Source: Woeseiaceae bacterium
GTDB lineage: Bacteria > Pseudomonadota > Gammaproteobacteria > Steroidobacterales > Woeseiaceae
NCBI GenBank assembly: GCA_021773135.1
Contig: JAJFKP010000017.1
Coordinates: 50,520-114,519, forward strand
Length of the DNA stretch: 64,000 nucleotides
Direction of reading: 5' to 3'
Under the pieces are notes generated by a model. That model made no database searches. It was given only the letters and a program-made list of their open reading frames with translations, and was not told where the DNA came from. A program made the translations under genes and the position numbers. Within the stretch, counting starts at the first letter, position 1, and each line of letters begins with the position of its first letter. Positions 34,658 to 44,218 of this stretch are shown one piece after another.

Positions 34658-34884
34658 TGCACGGACGCACTTATGTCGCGACGCACAGGGATGTGCGAGA
34701 GCGACGTTTATACAGGGATGTATTGATGTCGCGACCAAATCGCCGGGAGCGATTTTGGACAACACCACAGGTGTTGGCCCGAGGGGCAGCGGGCAGGATA
34801 GTCCGCTGCAACGACAGGACGTCCGGGAGCGGCGCTTGTGCAGGGACGCACTGATGCCGGGACAAAGTCGCCGGGCGCGACGTT
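34657..34884. repeat. REP-like intergenic repeat family: two full 44-nt units (34710-34753 and 34838-34881) plus a degenerate copy (34657-34708)
   Basis: Each unit has hairpin A (4-bp stem, loop AGGGAY), then TGATGYCGSGAC, then hairpin B (5-bp stem, loop CGGGM). The units are 33/44 identical by hand alignment, with 3 compensatory base-pair changes. Confidence 0.7.
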
Positions 34885-34898
34885 ATGCAAAATCGAAA

Positions 34899-35495
34899 CT
34901 AGGCCGCAGCACCGTCGCCTAACAATTTTTCCAGTGCTTCCCGGGCTTCCTCGACGCCCTGCCGATTAAGCGCGGAAAACAACTGTACGCTTGCGCTGCT
35001 GCCAAGCTCCTTCCTGACCGTAAGAAGAGCGGTAGACGCCTGACCCCGCTTTAGCTTGTCGGCCTTGGTCAGCAATACGTGAACCGGCAGTTCAACAGAG
35101 GCGGCGAACGCCAGCATTTGCCGGTCGAATTCCTGCAGTTGACGCCTGATATCAACGACCAGAATCAGGCCATTGAGACAGTCCCGCTGCTCGAAATAGC
35201 CCTGCAACAGGCGGCCCCAGTGTTCCCGCACGGCATCTGCTACCCAGGCAAAGCCGTATCCGGGCAAATCCACCAGTCGTTGTCCGGGCCGCAATTCGAA
35301 GAAGTTGACCAGCTGGGTCCTGCCCGGCGTTTTGCTGGTCCTGGCAAACTGGCGGCGATTGACTATGACGTTGATGGCGCTCGATTTACCGGCATTGGAG
35401 CGCCCGGCTACGGCAACCTCGGCGCCCTCATCCGGCAGGAACTGAGCTGCGGAATTGGCGCTCATAATGAACTTTGCGTCTGGGAATTGAGACAT
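34899..35495 (-). CDS. engB: Ribosome biogenesis GTP-binding protein EngB/YihA
   Basis: GRSNAGKSSAIN (G1), TPGRTQ, DLPGYG (G3), TKADK (G4). Start taken at MSQFPDAKF. The ORF is open to 35567. Confidence 0.9.
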   Translation of the reverse strand: MSQFPDAKFIMSANSAAQFLPDEGAEVAVAGRSNAGKSSAINVIVNRRQFARTSKTPGRTQLVNFFELRPGQRLVDLPGYGFAWVADAVREHWGRLLQGYFEQRDCLNGLILVVDIRRQLQEFDRQMLAFAASVELPVHVLLTKADKLKRGQASTALLTVRKELGSSASVQLFSALNRQGVEEAREALEKLLGDGAAA

Positions 35496-35707
35496 GGGAA
35501 TGTGTATAATTCGGGCCTGCGGCGCGGGCCGGGGCTCAATACTGACGGGTCTCTCGCTCAGCAGCAAGGCATAACAGCAACTCGCAGTTGTTAGCCAGTC
35601 AGGCGCTCGGCGTGAGAGATTTCAGATTTGCGTCACGACGTTAGAATTTCAGATTGATAGTCTCAGGCGGTATTGCGATGGCCGCTTTGAAGTAACGGTT
35701 GAAAGAT

Positions 35708-36328
35708 ATGAAGAAGATTTTTAGCGCGCTGGCCGGTTTGTTTCTATTTGCGGGCAGCGCTTTTGCCGATGGCCTCGTTGCGGGCGATGCCGCCGCCGGG
35801 CAGGCGAAATCTGTTACCTGCAGCGCATGTCATGGCGCGGATGGCAACAGCGTAAATCCGGTCTGGCCAAGTATAGCCGGGCAACACCCAACGTATATTC
35901 TTGAGCAATTGCAGGCGTTCAAGAACGGCGTTCGGAATGAGCCCCTGATGCTCGGCCAGGTCATGTTGTTAAGCGACGAAGACATGGCAAACCTCGCCGT
36001 TTTTTATGGCGAAAAACCTGCTGCAGCCAAGTCAGTCGCCGACCCGGCCAGCGTAGATCTCGGTGCACGCCTCTATCGCGGCGGTGACCGGGAAGACAAC
36101 ATTGCTGCGTGCGGCGCCTGCCATGGCCCGACGGGACGCGGCAATCCGGCGGCGTCTGTGCCGTCGGTGAAGGGACAGTATGCTGTTTATTCCGCCGCTC
36201 AGCTGCGCGCCTACGCCAGCGGCGCGCGGACTTCGGACGGTCCTACGCGAGTGATGCGTGACATCGCATCCAAGCTGAGCGAAGCGGAGATCCTCGCGGT
36301 CACCTCGTACATGCAGGGCCTGCAGTAA
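35708..36328 (+). CDS. cc4: Cytochrome c4 (dihaem)
   Basis: Signal peptide plus two CxxCH sites (CSACHG, CGACHG), each with a downstream Met region. Follows engB as in Pseudomonas. Confidence 0.9.
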   Translation: MKKIFSALAGLFLFAGSAFADGLVAGDAAAGQAKSVTCSACHGADGNSVNPVWPSIAGQHPTYILEQLQAFKNGVRNEPLMLGQVMLLSDEDMANLAVFYGEKPAAAKSVADPASVDLGARLYRGGDREDNIAACGACHGPTGRGNPAASVPSVKGQYAVYSAAQLRAYASGARTSDGPTRVMRDIASKLSEAEILAVTSYMQGLQ

Positions 36329-36392
36329 AAAGGCCTAAACCATTTTTGAAAGAAGCTGTCAGACCAAGATAGTTCTCAGCGGAGATTTCCCA

Positions 36393-37247
36393 ATGACGCG
36401 AATCAGTTTTTTAGTTGTTCTCTTAGCATTCATCGTGAGTGGCTGCGGCGGTTCCGATGATGCGGCCGTCCAGGCGCCGAAGGTTTCCCCAGCTGAGCAG
36501 AATACGGTTGCAGACGAGATGCCCGCGGCCCCGGTTGCGACCCCGGCCGACGAGGCCGAGCCCGCTGAAATGGTTGAAGAATCGGGAGCTGAGGAAGATG
36601 AAACGGAAGCTGCAGATGTCCCCATTGTCCTGGCCCAGGCTGACGTACCTGCTGCGAAACAGGACTGGAAATTTACAGAGGGCAAGCACTACCAGCGCAT
36701 GGTGCCTACCCAGCCGACCATTGGCGGAGCGGACAAGGTCGAAGTTGCCGAGATATTCTGGTATGGCTGCAACCACTGTTACACGTTTGAGCCGTTCATC
36801 AATCGCTGGGCGGAAAACGTACCGGCAAATGCGCGACTCGTTCGAATTCCCGCTACCTGGAATCCATTGGTCAAACTTCACGCGCAGCTTTATTACACCG
36901 AGGAAGTCCTTGTGAGTAACGGTAAGATCGCCGAACCGGAAGTGTTTCGTAATGCAGTCTTTGCGGAATATCACCGGCGCGGAAACCGACTCACGTCCAT
37001 CGATGCTATTCAGGAACTGTTTGCCAAACACGGCGTCAGTGAAGAAGATTTTACGAAGACCTGGGGTTCGTTTGAGGTCTCGCAAAAATTACGCATAGCT
37101 GACGATTTGCAGCGTCGCTACGGGATTACAGGTGTTCCCGCTGTTGTCGTTAACGGCAAGTATCGAACCGGCGCCGGCGAGGCTGGGGGATACCCGGAAT
37201 TGCTTGAGATCATCGACGAGCTGATCGCCAAAGAATCGGTTCGCTAA
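36393..37247 (+). CDS. dsbA: Thiol:disulfide interchange protein DsbA, predicted lipoprotein form with long linker
   Basis: Lipobox FIVSGC, an Ala/Pro/Glu linker of about 75 aa, then a DsbA fold with FWYGCNHCYTFEP and the cis-Pro region GVPAVVVNGKY. Confidence 0.85.
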   Translation: MTRISFLVVLLAFIVSGCGGSDDAAVQAPKVSPAEQNTVADEMPAAPVATPADEAEPAEMVEESGAEEDETEAADVPIVLAQADVPAAKQDWKFTEGKHYQRMVPTQPTIGGADKVEVAEIFWYGCNHCYTFEPFINRWAENVPANARLVRIPATWNPLVKLHAQLYYTEEVLVSNGKIAEPEVFRNAVFAEYHRRGNRLTSIDAIQELFAKHGVSEEDFTKTWGSFEVSQKLRIADDLQRRYGITGVPAVVVNGKYRTGAGEAGGYPELLEIIDELIAKESVR

Positions 37248-38176
37248 CCCGCATCCTCGGAAACAATGCGCCAGCGGCTGTCGTCAGAGCGCCGCCAATA
37301 AAGTCGCTTCGTTGTGGTTACCGGGCCGTCAGTGGTCTGGAGCACCTGGGTGAACCGACTTAAATACAGATCAGGAACTTCCGGGTCTGCGACCAGGAAC
37401 ACATCGGCCAGCGTCACACTGCCAAGCTTGCGTGCGTCGAATACGTTGTAGCGATATGACGCCCACGAGTCGCGATCCATACCACGATAGCGAAAGTCAT
37501 CCGCATACATGGAAAGATAGGTGAATAAATCACCGCTTTCGAGGCTTTCGCGCCAGGTAGCCAGCGCCGCCCGGAATTCAGTACGTGTCGCATCAATATC
37601 GCTTGGCTCCGCCCACTCGATTTCACGAGCAACGATCACGGGCGTCACCAGCGGCTGCAAGCTGTCCACCAGGCGTAACAACTCATCATTCGGGATCGCG
37701 AGGCAGCCATCTGTATCCAACGGCGGGCGGTGCGGGTTGTTATGGTCGACCCCATGCAACCAAATGCCGTAACCGGTGCGGTCGTTGTACCTGTCCCAGG
37801 CGTTCGGATAATCCAGCGGGAAAGCCGCGACCCCGTATTTGTCATGCAGTTTGCTGGTATCGAGTGTTTCGGTGATGAAATAGACTCCAAGCGGCGTTTT
37901 CCTGTCCCATGCCCGCTGTTTGCCTGCCCCCGCTGTGCCGATCGACATATAGCGCTGATCAACCGCAACGACCCCTTTTCCGGACCGCTCGAATCGATGC
38001 ATGGTGGCGGAACCCGCGTCAGCTATCAAAATATCAGTAACGGATTCCGGAACCTCGAGGAGGTACGCGGGCAGCAGGGACTCGCCGCTCGCCGTGACAT
38101 GCAGATCCTCGCCTCGAAGCCCTCCGGTGAGGAACATTCCAGCGACGAGAATTGATACCAGACGCATCTTATACAT
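37244..38176 (-). CDS. L,D-transpeptidase (YkuD) family protein with NTF2/SnoaL-like looking C-terminal domain
   Basis: Signal peptide and YkuD catalytic block GIWLHGVDHNNPHRPPLDTDGCLAI. The C-terminal 120 aa (LATWRESLESGDLFTYLSMYADDFRY...) resemble NTF2-like domains; that part is an inference. Confidence 0.75.
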   Translation of the reverse strand: MYKMRLVSILVAGMFLTGGLRGEDLHVTASGESLLPAYLLEVPESVTDILIADAGSATMHRFERSGKGVVAVDQRYMSIGTAGAGKQRAWDRKTPLGVYFITETLDTSKLHDKYGVAAFPLDYPNAWDRYNDRTGYGIWLHGVDHNNPHRPPLDTDGCLAIPNDELLRLVDSLQPLVTPVIVAREIEWAEPSDIDATRTEFRAALATWRESLESGDLFTYLSMYADDFRYRGMDRDSWASYRYNVFDARKLGSVTLADVFLVADPEVPDLYLSRFTQVLQTTDGPVTTTKRLYWRRSDDSRWRIVSEDAG

Positions 38177-38246
38177 AGCCTTGATTGCAGCTTTTTACGC
38201 GGAAAATATCAAGCACCCTGATCACAGATGACGGCCGTTGTCGCGG

Positions 38247-39278
38247 TTACGCGGCCTCTAATCCGCGCAGAAATTCCAGCGTATTCTGGCCAATCCAGTC
38301 AACGGAGTAACCGCCTTCAAGAACTACCAATGTCGGCAGTCCGAGTTCACCGATTACGCGTCCCATTTTGTTGAAGTCCTGGGTCTCTATTTCAAAGAAC
38401 GTCGTCGGATCACCGGCAAAAGTATCCAGTCCCAATGCAAGCACCAGTGCATCCGGTGCGAATCCCTGCAGCTGGCGCAACGCATCTGCAAGCACATCGC
38501 CGTAGGTGTCCCAACCGGTACCAAACGGTAGTGGGTAATTGAGGTTAAATCCGTGACCAACACCTTCGCCGCGTTCATCGGCATAGCCGAGGAAAAACGG
38601 ATACTCGACCAAGGGATCTGCATGCAGGGAAAGCGTCATCACATCATTGCGGTGGTAGAACAGGGTCTGCGTGCCATTGCCATGATGGTAGTCGACATCA
38701 AGAACGGCTACGCGGCGAGCGCCGCCATCGATGATTGACTGCGCGGCCAGCGCGTTGTTGTTTAGGTAACAATAGCCGCCGCAATAGTTGGACGCTGCGT
38801 GATGACCCGGCGGTCGGCATGCGGAAAAAGCAATTCGCGCGTCACCCTTGACCAACTCAGCGCCCGTTAGTGCAACGTTGGCGGACGATCGAATTGCCTG
38901 CCAGCTTCCCTTGACTATTGGGGAAGTTGCGTCGAACGAATAACGGCCGAGTTTACCAACAATGTTTTCTGTCTCGGCATAGCGCATGCCGGCACCGACA
39001 AAGGCCTCAGGTCGCGCGTTGCTACCGTTCGCCCCGGAACGCTCCCAATCAGTCCACGCTGTTTTGAGAAACTCCAGGTAGTCAGGCGTATGTAAACGAG
39101 TAATTCTCCCGTCAGGAAAAATGTCTGGTTCAATAATGTCGCCAAACCCTTCCTCCCGGAAAAGGGCAGCAATATTATTGGCCCGTGCCGGGCATTCCGC
39201 ACTCGGCCCCCAGGTATCACCGTCGGGAAACAGCAGGCCGTCATGCAGATTGTGATCGTCGGAATAGACTATTTTCAT
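38247..39278 (-). CDS. Histone deacetylase-family amidohydrolase (acetylpolyamine/acetoin-utilisation type)
   Basis: CRPPGHHA, LDVDYHHGNGTQ, EGGY motifs of the arginase/deacetylase fold. 343 aa. Confidence 0.85.
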   Translation of the reverse strand: MKIVYSDDHNLHDGLLFPDGDTWGPSAECPARANNIAALFREEGFGDIIEPDIFPDGRITRLHTPDYLEFLKTAWTDWERSGANGSNARPEAFVGAGMRYAETENIVGKLGRYSFDATSPIVKGSWQAIRSSANVALTGAELVKGDARIAFSACRPPGHHAASNYCGGYCYLNNNALAAQSIIDGGARRVAVLDVDYHHGNGTQTLFYHRNDVMTLSLHADPLVEYPFFLGYADERGEGVGHGFNLNYPLPFGTGWDTYGDVLADALRQLQGFAPDALVLALGLDTFAGDPTTFFEIETQDFNKMGRVIGELGLPTLVVLEGGYSVDWIGQNTLEFLRGLEAA

Positions 39279-39344
39279 GGTTTGCCTCGAGCCTGGTCGG
39301 AAATCGTCATGTGACGGCTGCCGCTCCGGACCTCCTGCCAGAAT

Positions 39345-41456
39345 TTACAGGTTAGTTGATAATGTGCTGCATTGCCCAGCGGCGTTGCAGATCACCAGCG
39401 CATCGACAGCAATGCAGGTCTGCGCGCCCACTATGACCGGATTGACATCGATTTCCTGCAGGTTCACGGCGAGCGCCTCTACCATGACCGAGAAACGTGC
39501 TGCCACGTGACAAAAGGCGTCGATCGCAGCCGGATGGTTGCCGCGCACGCCGTCAAGCAGCGGCCGCAAACGCAGACCATCCAGACACCGCCTGGCACAG
39601 GCTGCGTCAAATGGAGGCAACGCAAATGCCACATCGTGCAGGACCTCTGCGAGTGTACCGCCAAAACCCATGACCACAACGAGACCAAACTGCGGGTCGC
39701 GGTGAGCACCAAGAATCATTTCTATGCCGGGACCGACCATCGCGGAGACGAGCACCTTCGGGCCAAGGCGCGCGGCCATCTCGGCATAGGCAAGTTGTAG
39801 CGATGCCTCGTCTTCAATTCCGAGAATGACGCCGTTATGATCCGATTTGTGAGAGATCCCTGGGGCAGCCGTTTTCAAAGCGACCGGATATTTAATCTCT
39901 TTCGCAATTCGCGACGTCTCTGCGAATGTTGCAGCAGTGCCGCACCGGGTCGCCGGTACACCAAAGTCATTCAGCATATGAAGCGAAGTCGCCTCGTCGA
40001 CTTCAGCATTTTGTGAAATGCGTTTTTGCCATTTTTTGATCGCGTCGGCGGGCGGCTTCTCGTCGTTCATCTTCGGTGCAGCAAGAAAATCCCGATAGCG
40101 CATCAGGCCACGAACACCTTTGAGAAACGGGGTCACTCCGTCCAATACCGGAAAGCCGCGATGCGTTGCCTCGACCGCCAGTGAATCGGCACCGGTACCC
40201 TGCCGTGCCGCCACCAGCGCTACGGGTTTTCCGGCAACGCTGCGGGCATGCTCCATATATCCAATGTAGGATTTATAGATCAGGCCATCGGGAGCACGGT
40301 CGTGCATGACGGCACCCAGCGCCGCATTTTCATCCTGCATCATGATGGTCAGGCAATCCGTCATCTGCTGCGCTGCGCTCGCACCGCCACGGCTCCAGGC
40401 GTCCAATGGATTAACCGGCGGCAGTTCGGGATCGAGGTGTTGCGTCAGCGCTGTCACGGTGTGGTGAGATAAATCCGTAAGCGGCACGTCTATAGCATGC
40501 GCCAGGTCGGCGATAAGCTGACGCTCGCCGCCAGAGTCGTGCAACGTTACCAGGCCACCTGGCCCCAGGGGATTGAACTCTGCAAAGAGGATCAGCGCAG
40601 TAGCGAATTCATCCATGTCGTCCACACGGTGCACGCCGTAGCGCTCAAACAACGCTGTATAGGTTGCATCATCGCCTGCCATTGCGCCTGAATGAGAAAC
40701 AGCCAGTTCGGCGGTCTGCTGACTGCGGCCGACCTTCAGGGCAACAATCGGAATCTTGCGGACGCGAGCTTTTTCAAGCGCCGCGCGAAATCCGGCCGGA
40801 TCGCGAGCGGTCTCGATGAAGAGTCCAACGACTTTCGTTTCGGGCAGGTCCAGTACGAAATCGAGGTATTGATCCATCGACACTGAAAGTTCGTTTCCGG
40901 TCGAAACAGCAACATTCACGCGCAGTCGTTCTTCGCAATCGATTATCCCGGACATGCCGGAGCCTGAATGACTGATCAGGCTGGCATTACCCTTGCCGGT
41001 GTGGCATCTGCTGTCAAATCCACAGGCCCAGACGCCATCTCTGAAATTGTAAAAGCCCATGCCATTTGCCCCGCATACCAACATGCCGGAATTCTTAATT
41101 TTCACCTGTATGCGCGCTTTTAGGTTGGGCGTAACATCATCATCGAGGACCAGTGGGGACATGATGACCGCTGCCGGAACGCCGCAGGCGATCGCGTCAT
41201 CCAGCGACGCCTCGATCCGGCGATCACTAATGGCAAATATGACGAGGTCCGGCGTTTGCGGCAAATTCGCAAAGGCGGGGAAGCAGCGCTTACCCCGCAA
41301 CTCGTCGTAACCGGGATTAATCGGGTAAATGCTGCCTGCGTAGCGCCCGCGCAGCAGGTTCTTGAGCGCCCACTCACCCATGGAACCCTTTCGCGCAGAA
41401 GCGCCTACAACAGCAACTGAACGAGGTCGGAGCAGAGGATCAAGCTGGTGTTGCAT
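39345..41456 (-). CDS. ADP-forming acyl-CoA (acetate-CoA) ligase family protein, fused alpha/beta
   Basis: N-terminal CoA-binding domain (PRSVAVVGASARKGSMGEWALKNLL...IYPINP), succinyl-CoA-synthetase-like flavodoxin domains and a C-terminal ATP-grasp. 703 aa. Confidence 0.8.
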   Translation of the reverse strand: MQHQLDPLLRPRSVAVVGASARKGSMGEWALKNLLRGRYAGSIYPINPGYDELRGKRCFPAFANLPQTPDLVIFAISDRRIEASLDDAIACGVPAAVIMSPLVLDDDVTPNLKARIQVKIKNSGMLVCGANGMGFYNFRDGVWACGFDSRCHTGKGNASLISHSGSGMSGIIDCEERLRVNVAVSTGNELSVSMDQYLDFVLDLPETKVVGLFIETARDPAGFRAALEKARVRKIPIVALKVGRSQQTAELAVSHSGAMAGDDATYTALFERYGVHRVDDMDEFATALILFAEFNPLGPGGLVTLHDSGGERQLIADLAHAIDVPLTDLSHHTVTALTQHLDPELPPVNPLDAWSRGGASAAQQMTDCLTIMMQDENAALGAVMHDRAPDGLIYKSYIGYMEHARSVAGKPVALVAARQGTGADSLAVEATHRGFPVLDGVTPFLKGVRGLMRYRDFLAAPKMNDEKPPADAIKKWQKRISQNAEVDEATSLHMLNDFGVPATRCGTAATFAETSRIAKEIKYPVALKTAAPGISHKSDHNGVILGIEDEASLQLAYAEMAARLGPKVLVSAMVGPGIEMILGAHRDPQFGLVVVMGFGGTLAEVLHDVAFALPPFDAACARRCLDGLRLRPLLDGVRGNHPAAIDAFCHVAARFSVMVEALAVNLQEIDVNPVIVGAQTCIAVDALVICNAAGQCSTLSTNL

Positions 41457-41480
41457 CAGCGCTTGCCGCTTGGAATAAAC

Positions 41481-42674
41481 CTAGAACGGTCCGGGTGGCG
41501 TTGCCCGTTTACGCGGCGGGTCCCAGAATGGCTTGTCAACCACGATTGCTTCCGCCATTACGCGCGACCAATGCATTTCGCGTTGATAATACACTTCTAC
41601 ATAAAGTTTATCGCCAACCTTGCCGTGCGGCGAGCGGACTGTACCAAGCGCGATATTCTGCTTGCACACTGGCGACCAGACGGCCGACGTAATGAAACCG
41701 ACTTCCTTTTTCGATTTCGGGTTGGCATACACGTAAGAGTGATGCGCCGGTTTGTTACCCTCGATATCGAGCTTCACGAGTTGCCAGGTGGATCCCTTGC
41801 GTTTCTCTTCCGCCAGAGCACGCCGACCATTGAAGTTTGGTTTCTTGAAGTCGACCAGCCAGTCGAGACCCAGCTCCAGGGGGGATCGCGACCTGCCGCT
41901 GCGAACCGTTACATCGGCAGGCAGGAAATCAACGTACGCTGCGATAAAACCGGCTTCAATTCTGGACTGCTCGAGCGCTTCGGTACCGATAGCCATAATG
42001 CCGTAGATCTTGCCTGCCTCGAACAGCGCATCCCACAGGTCGAGCGCCTGGTCGGGCGACAGCCACACTTCGTAACCAAGGTCGCCGGTAAATCCCGTCC
42101 GCGAAATCATTATCCCGGAGCCCTGGAAATCGAAATGGGCAAGTCCGAAAGGCCTTAGCTTTTCGATGCCCTTGATTCCCATCGCCTGGAGAATGCTGAA
42201 GGATGTGGGTCCCTGCACGGCCAATGCACATATCTCCTCGGTTTCGTCGACGATGCTCACATCCATCCCGATTGCCGACATGGTCAGCCAGGACATATGC
42301 CGTTCCTGGGAACACAGGCGATAGTCGCCCTCCGACAGGTGAAAAATAGTGCCATCATCGATGACCTGGCCCTGATCGTCACACCAGACGGCATAAGCAA
42401 CCCGGCCCGGTTTTATCTTGCGCATGTCGCGCGTAACCAGGCGATTGAGATAGTCGAGCGCATCTGGCCCTGTAATCCGATACTTGGTCATCGGTGTCAG
42501 ATCAAACACACCTGTGCTGTTACGAATTGAGAAGTATTCGAGTGTCGTATCGTAGAACCCGTCCGCACTTGAATAGCCTTTCCACTCGTGCCAGTTATTG
42601 AGGCGGTCAATTTCAGCCTGTCGCGGATAGAACGGCGAGCGCAGCCGGCCTTGTTCGACTTCCTGAATCGTCAT
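41481..42674 (-). CDS. GcvT-family aminomethyltransferase-like protein (folate-binding)
   Basis: FDLTPMTKYRITGPDALDYLNRLVTRD, ISRTGFTGDLGYEVW, and EALEQSRIEAG blocks typical of GcvT/DMGDH C-domains. The start overlaps the upstream stop by 4 nt. Confidence 0.8.
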   Translation of the reverse strand: MTIQEVEQGRLRSPFYPRQAEIDRLNNWHEWKGYSSADGFYDTTLEYFSIRNSTGVFDLTPMTKYRITGPDALDYLNRLVTRDMRKIKPGRVAYAVWCDDQGQVIDDGTIFHLSEGDYRLCSQERHMSWLTMSAIGMDVSIVDETEEICALAVQGPTSFSILQAMGIKGIEKLRPFGLAHFDFQGSGIMISRTGFTGDLGYEVWLSPDQALDLWDALFEAGKIYGIMAIGTEALEQSRIEAGFIAAYVDFLPADVTVRSGRSRSPLELGLDWLVDFKKPNFNGRRALAEEKRKGSTWQLVKLDIEGNKPAHHSYVYANPKSKKEVGFITSAVWSPVCKQNIALGTVRSPHGKVGDKLYVEVYYQREMHWSRVMAEAIVVDKPFWDPPRKRATPPGPF

Positions 42675-44218
42675 AGTGCATACCCCGATTTTAGAATGGC
42701 TCGGGCAGCGTTGCGGCCAGCCGCGCCACTGATTCCCCCTCCCGGGTGCGAGCCGGCCCCACAGAGATAAAGTCCGTCCAGCGGCATTGCGTACTGCGCT
42801 GCGCCACCAACCGGGCGCGTAAAAAGGAACTGGTCGAGGGTCAACTCACCGTGATGCCAGTGACCACCGTGGATATGAAACTGTTCCTCGATATCTACAG
42901 GCGTCAGCAGTTCCGTCGCTGTAATGCGTTCTTTTAAATCCGGCATATATTCTGCCAATGTAGCGATAGCCAGTTTTTCGAAGGCGCTCCGGCTTTTCTT
43001 GTTCCAATTGGCCCTTAATTCGTAGGGAACGTACTGCACGATTGCCGACAATACGTGCTTGCCAGTTGGTGCCAGGCTGCTATCTCTGAAACTCGGGAAG
43101 ACGATTTCAAATACTGGCTTCGCTGACGTTTCTCCATACTTGGCATGATTGAACGCGCGCTCGACATAGTCGTCTCCGGGGGCGATGATAAAACGACCGG
43201 CGAATTCTCGCTTATCCACCCCTTTGATTGCCGGCAGGCCGTCGAGTGCCAGGTGCAGTTTGGCTGCATTACCGCGCATACGCATGTGGTGGATACGATG
43301 CGTGAATCCGGTTTCCACGTTTTTGGGTTTTACCAGTTCCATGATTGTCGTTTTCGGATCGGCATTGGAAACAACCAGCCAGCTTGAAAATTTTTCGCCG
43401 CTCTCCGTTTCTACACCGGCTGCCCGCCCATTCTCAACGACAATGCGCCTTACCTTCATATTGGTGCGTATGGTCGCGCCATTGTCCCTGGCGGAGTGGG
43501 CCAGCGCCTCTGACACCGCACTCATACCTCCGCTTGGCTGGTCGATCGCACCGTGTGTCGCCGCAAGTCGGTACAGGTAGGTGAGAATCGTATTCGGGGA
43601 TCGCGGGCCAAGGTGCGTGCCCATAACGGCGTCCAGACTGATTGCACCTCGCAGTATTTCACTGTCAAAACGCTCCACCACTTCATCGCGAATATTCATG
43701 CCGATCAAACGCAGAAACTCCTGCATTTCGACCTTGCCCAGACGTCGAATGTCGAGACCGAGTTGCGCCAGGGTCAGCAGGTCTGACCTGCTCGCATCCT
43801 TTGCCAGTCGTGGCGGCGTTTTGTTCAGAAAAGTCTTCAGGAGATCGGCAAATCGATTCATCCTTGTGCAAAAATTTTTGTAACCGGCTACATCGTGTGC
43901 GTTTACCCCGGATACTTCATCGCCACTGATCCGCACATGCTTGCCGTCCGTCGACAGCGCGACCGTGGGCATGTCGCTGGCAGTCATCTCAATGTTCAGG
44001 CCAAGATCCTTGCGCACCTGTGGTTGCAGCTGATAGAGCAAATGTGCCACGGATGATACCGAGTAGCCGTCCGCAAATGTGCGCGTGACGGCGGCCCCGC
44101 CCACCTGGCTGTTAGCCTCGAGCACAAGCACCTTCTTCCCCGCTTTAGCCAGCAGGGATGCACAGACCAGTCCATTGTGCCCGGCACCCACGACTATGGC
44201 ATCGTATCGTTCACTCAT
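42671..44218 (-). CDS. FAD-dependent oxidoreductase, CrtI/phytoene-desaturase-like (amine-oxidase fold), paralogue B
   Basis: YDAIVVGAGHNGLVCASLLAKAGKKVLVLEANSQVGG dinucleotide fold and C-terminal LYLCGAGSHPGGGISGAAGRNAA. 515 aa. Confidence 0.8.
   Translation of the reverse strand: MSERYDAIVVGAGHNGLVCASLLAKAGKKVLVLEANSQVGGAAVTRTFADGYSVSSVAHLLYQLQPQVRKDLGLNIEMTASDMPTVALSTDGKHVRISGDEVSGVNAHDVAGYKNFCTRMNRFADLLKTFLNKTPPRLAKDASRSDLLTLAQLGLDIRRLGKVEMQEFLRLIGMNIRDEVVERFDSEILRGAISLDAVMGTHLGPRSPNTILTYLYRLAATHGAIDQPSGGMSAVSEALAHSARDNGATIRTNMKVRRIVVENGRAAGVETESGEKFSSWLVVSNADPKTTIMELVKPKNVETGFTHRIHHMRMRGNAAKLHLALDGLPAIKGVDKREFAGRFIIAPGDDYVERAFNHAKYGETSAKPVFEIVFPSFRDSSLAPTGKHVLSAIVQYVPYELRANWNKKSRSAFEKLAIATLAEYMPDLKERITATELLTPVDIEEQFHIHGGHWHHGELTLDQFLFTRPVGGAAQYAMPLDGLYLCGAGSHPGGGISGAAGRNAARAILKSGYAL

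Noticed and set aside
34657-34884. Possible CRISPR array
   Set aside because: There are only two full and one degenerate repeat units. The units differ at 25% of positions, spacing is irregular, and there are no cas genes in the window.
34528-34922. 108-aa and 112-aa ORFs across the polA-engB spacer with internally repeated peptide (RDVRERRLYRDVLMS / QDVRERRLCRDALMP)
   Set aside because: The peptide repeat simply mirrors the DNA hairpin repeat units. The ORFs run through an intrinsic terminator and have no RBS. The differences between repeats are compensatory at the nucleotide pairing level rather than synonymous.
41481-42674. Calling the GcvT-like protein DmdA (DMSP demethylase)
   Set aside because: Family membership is clear, but by eye I could not see specific similarity to the R. 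pomeroyi DmdA sequence as I remember it. The accompanying CoA ligase is ADP-forming rather than DmdB-like. This is kept only as one hypothesis for the operon.
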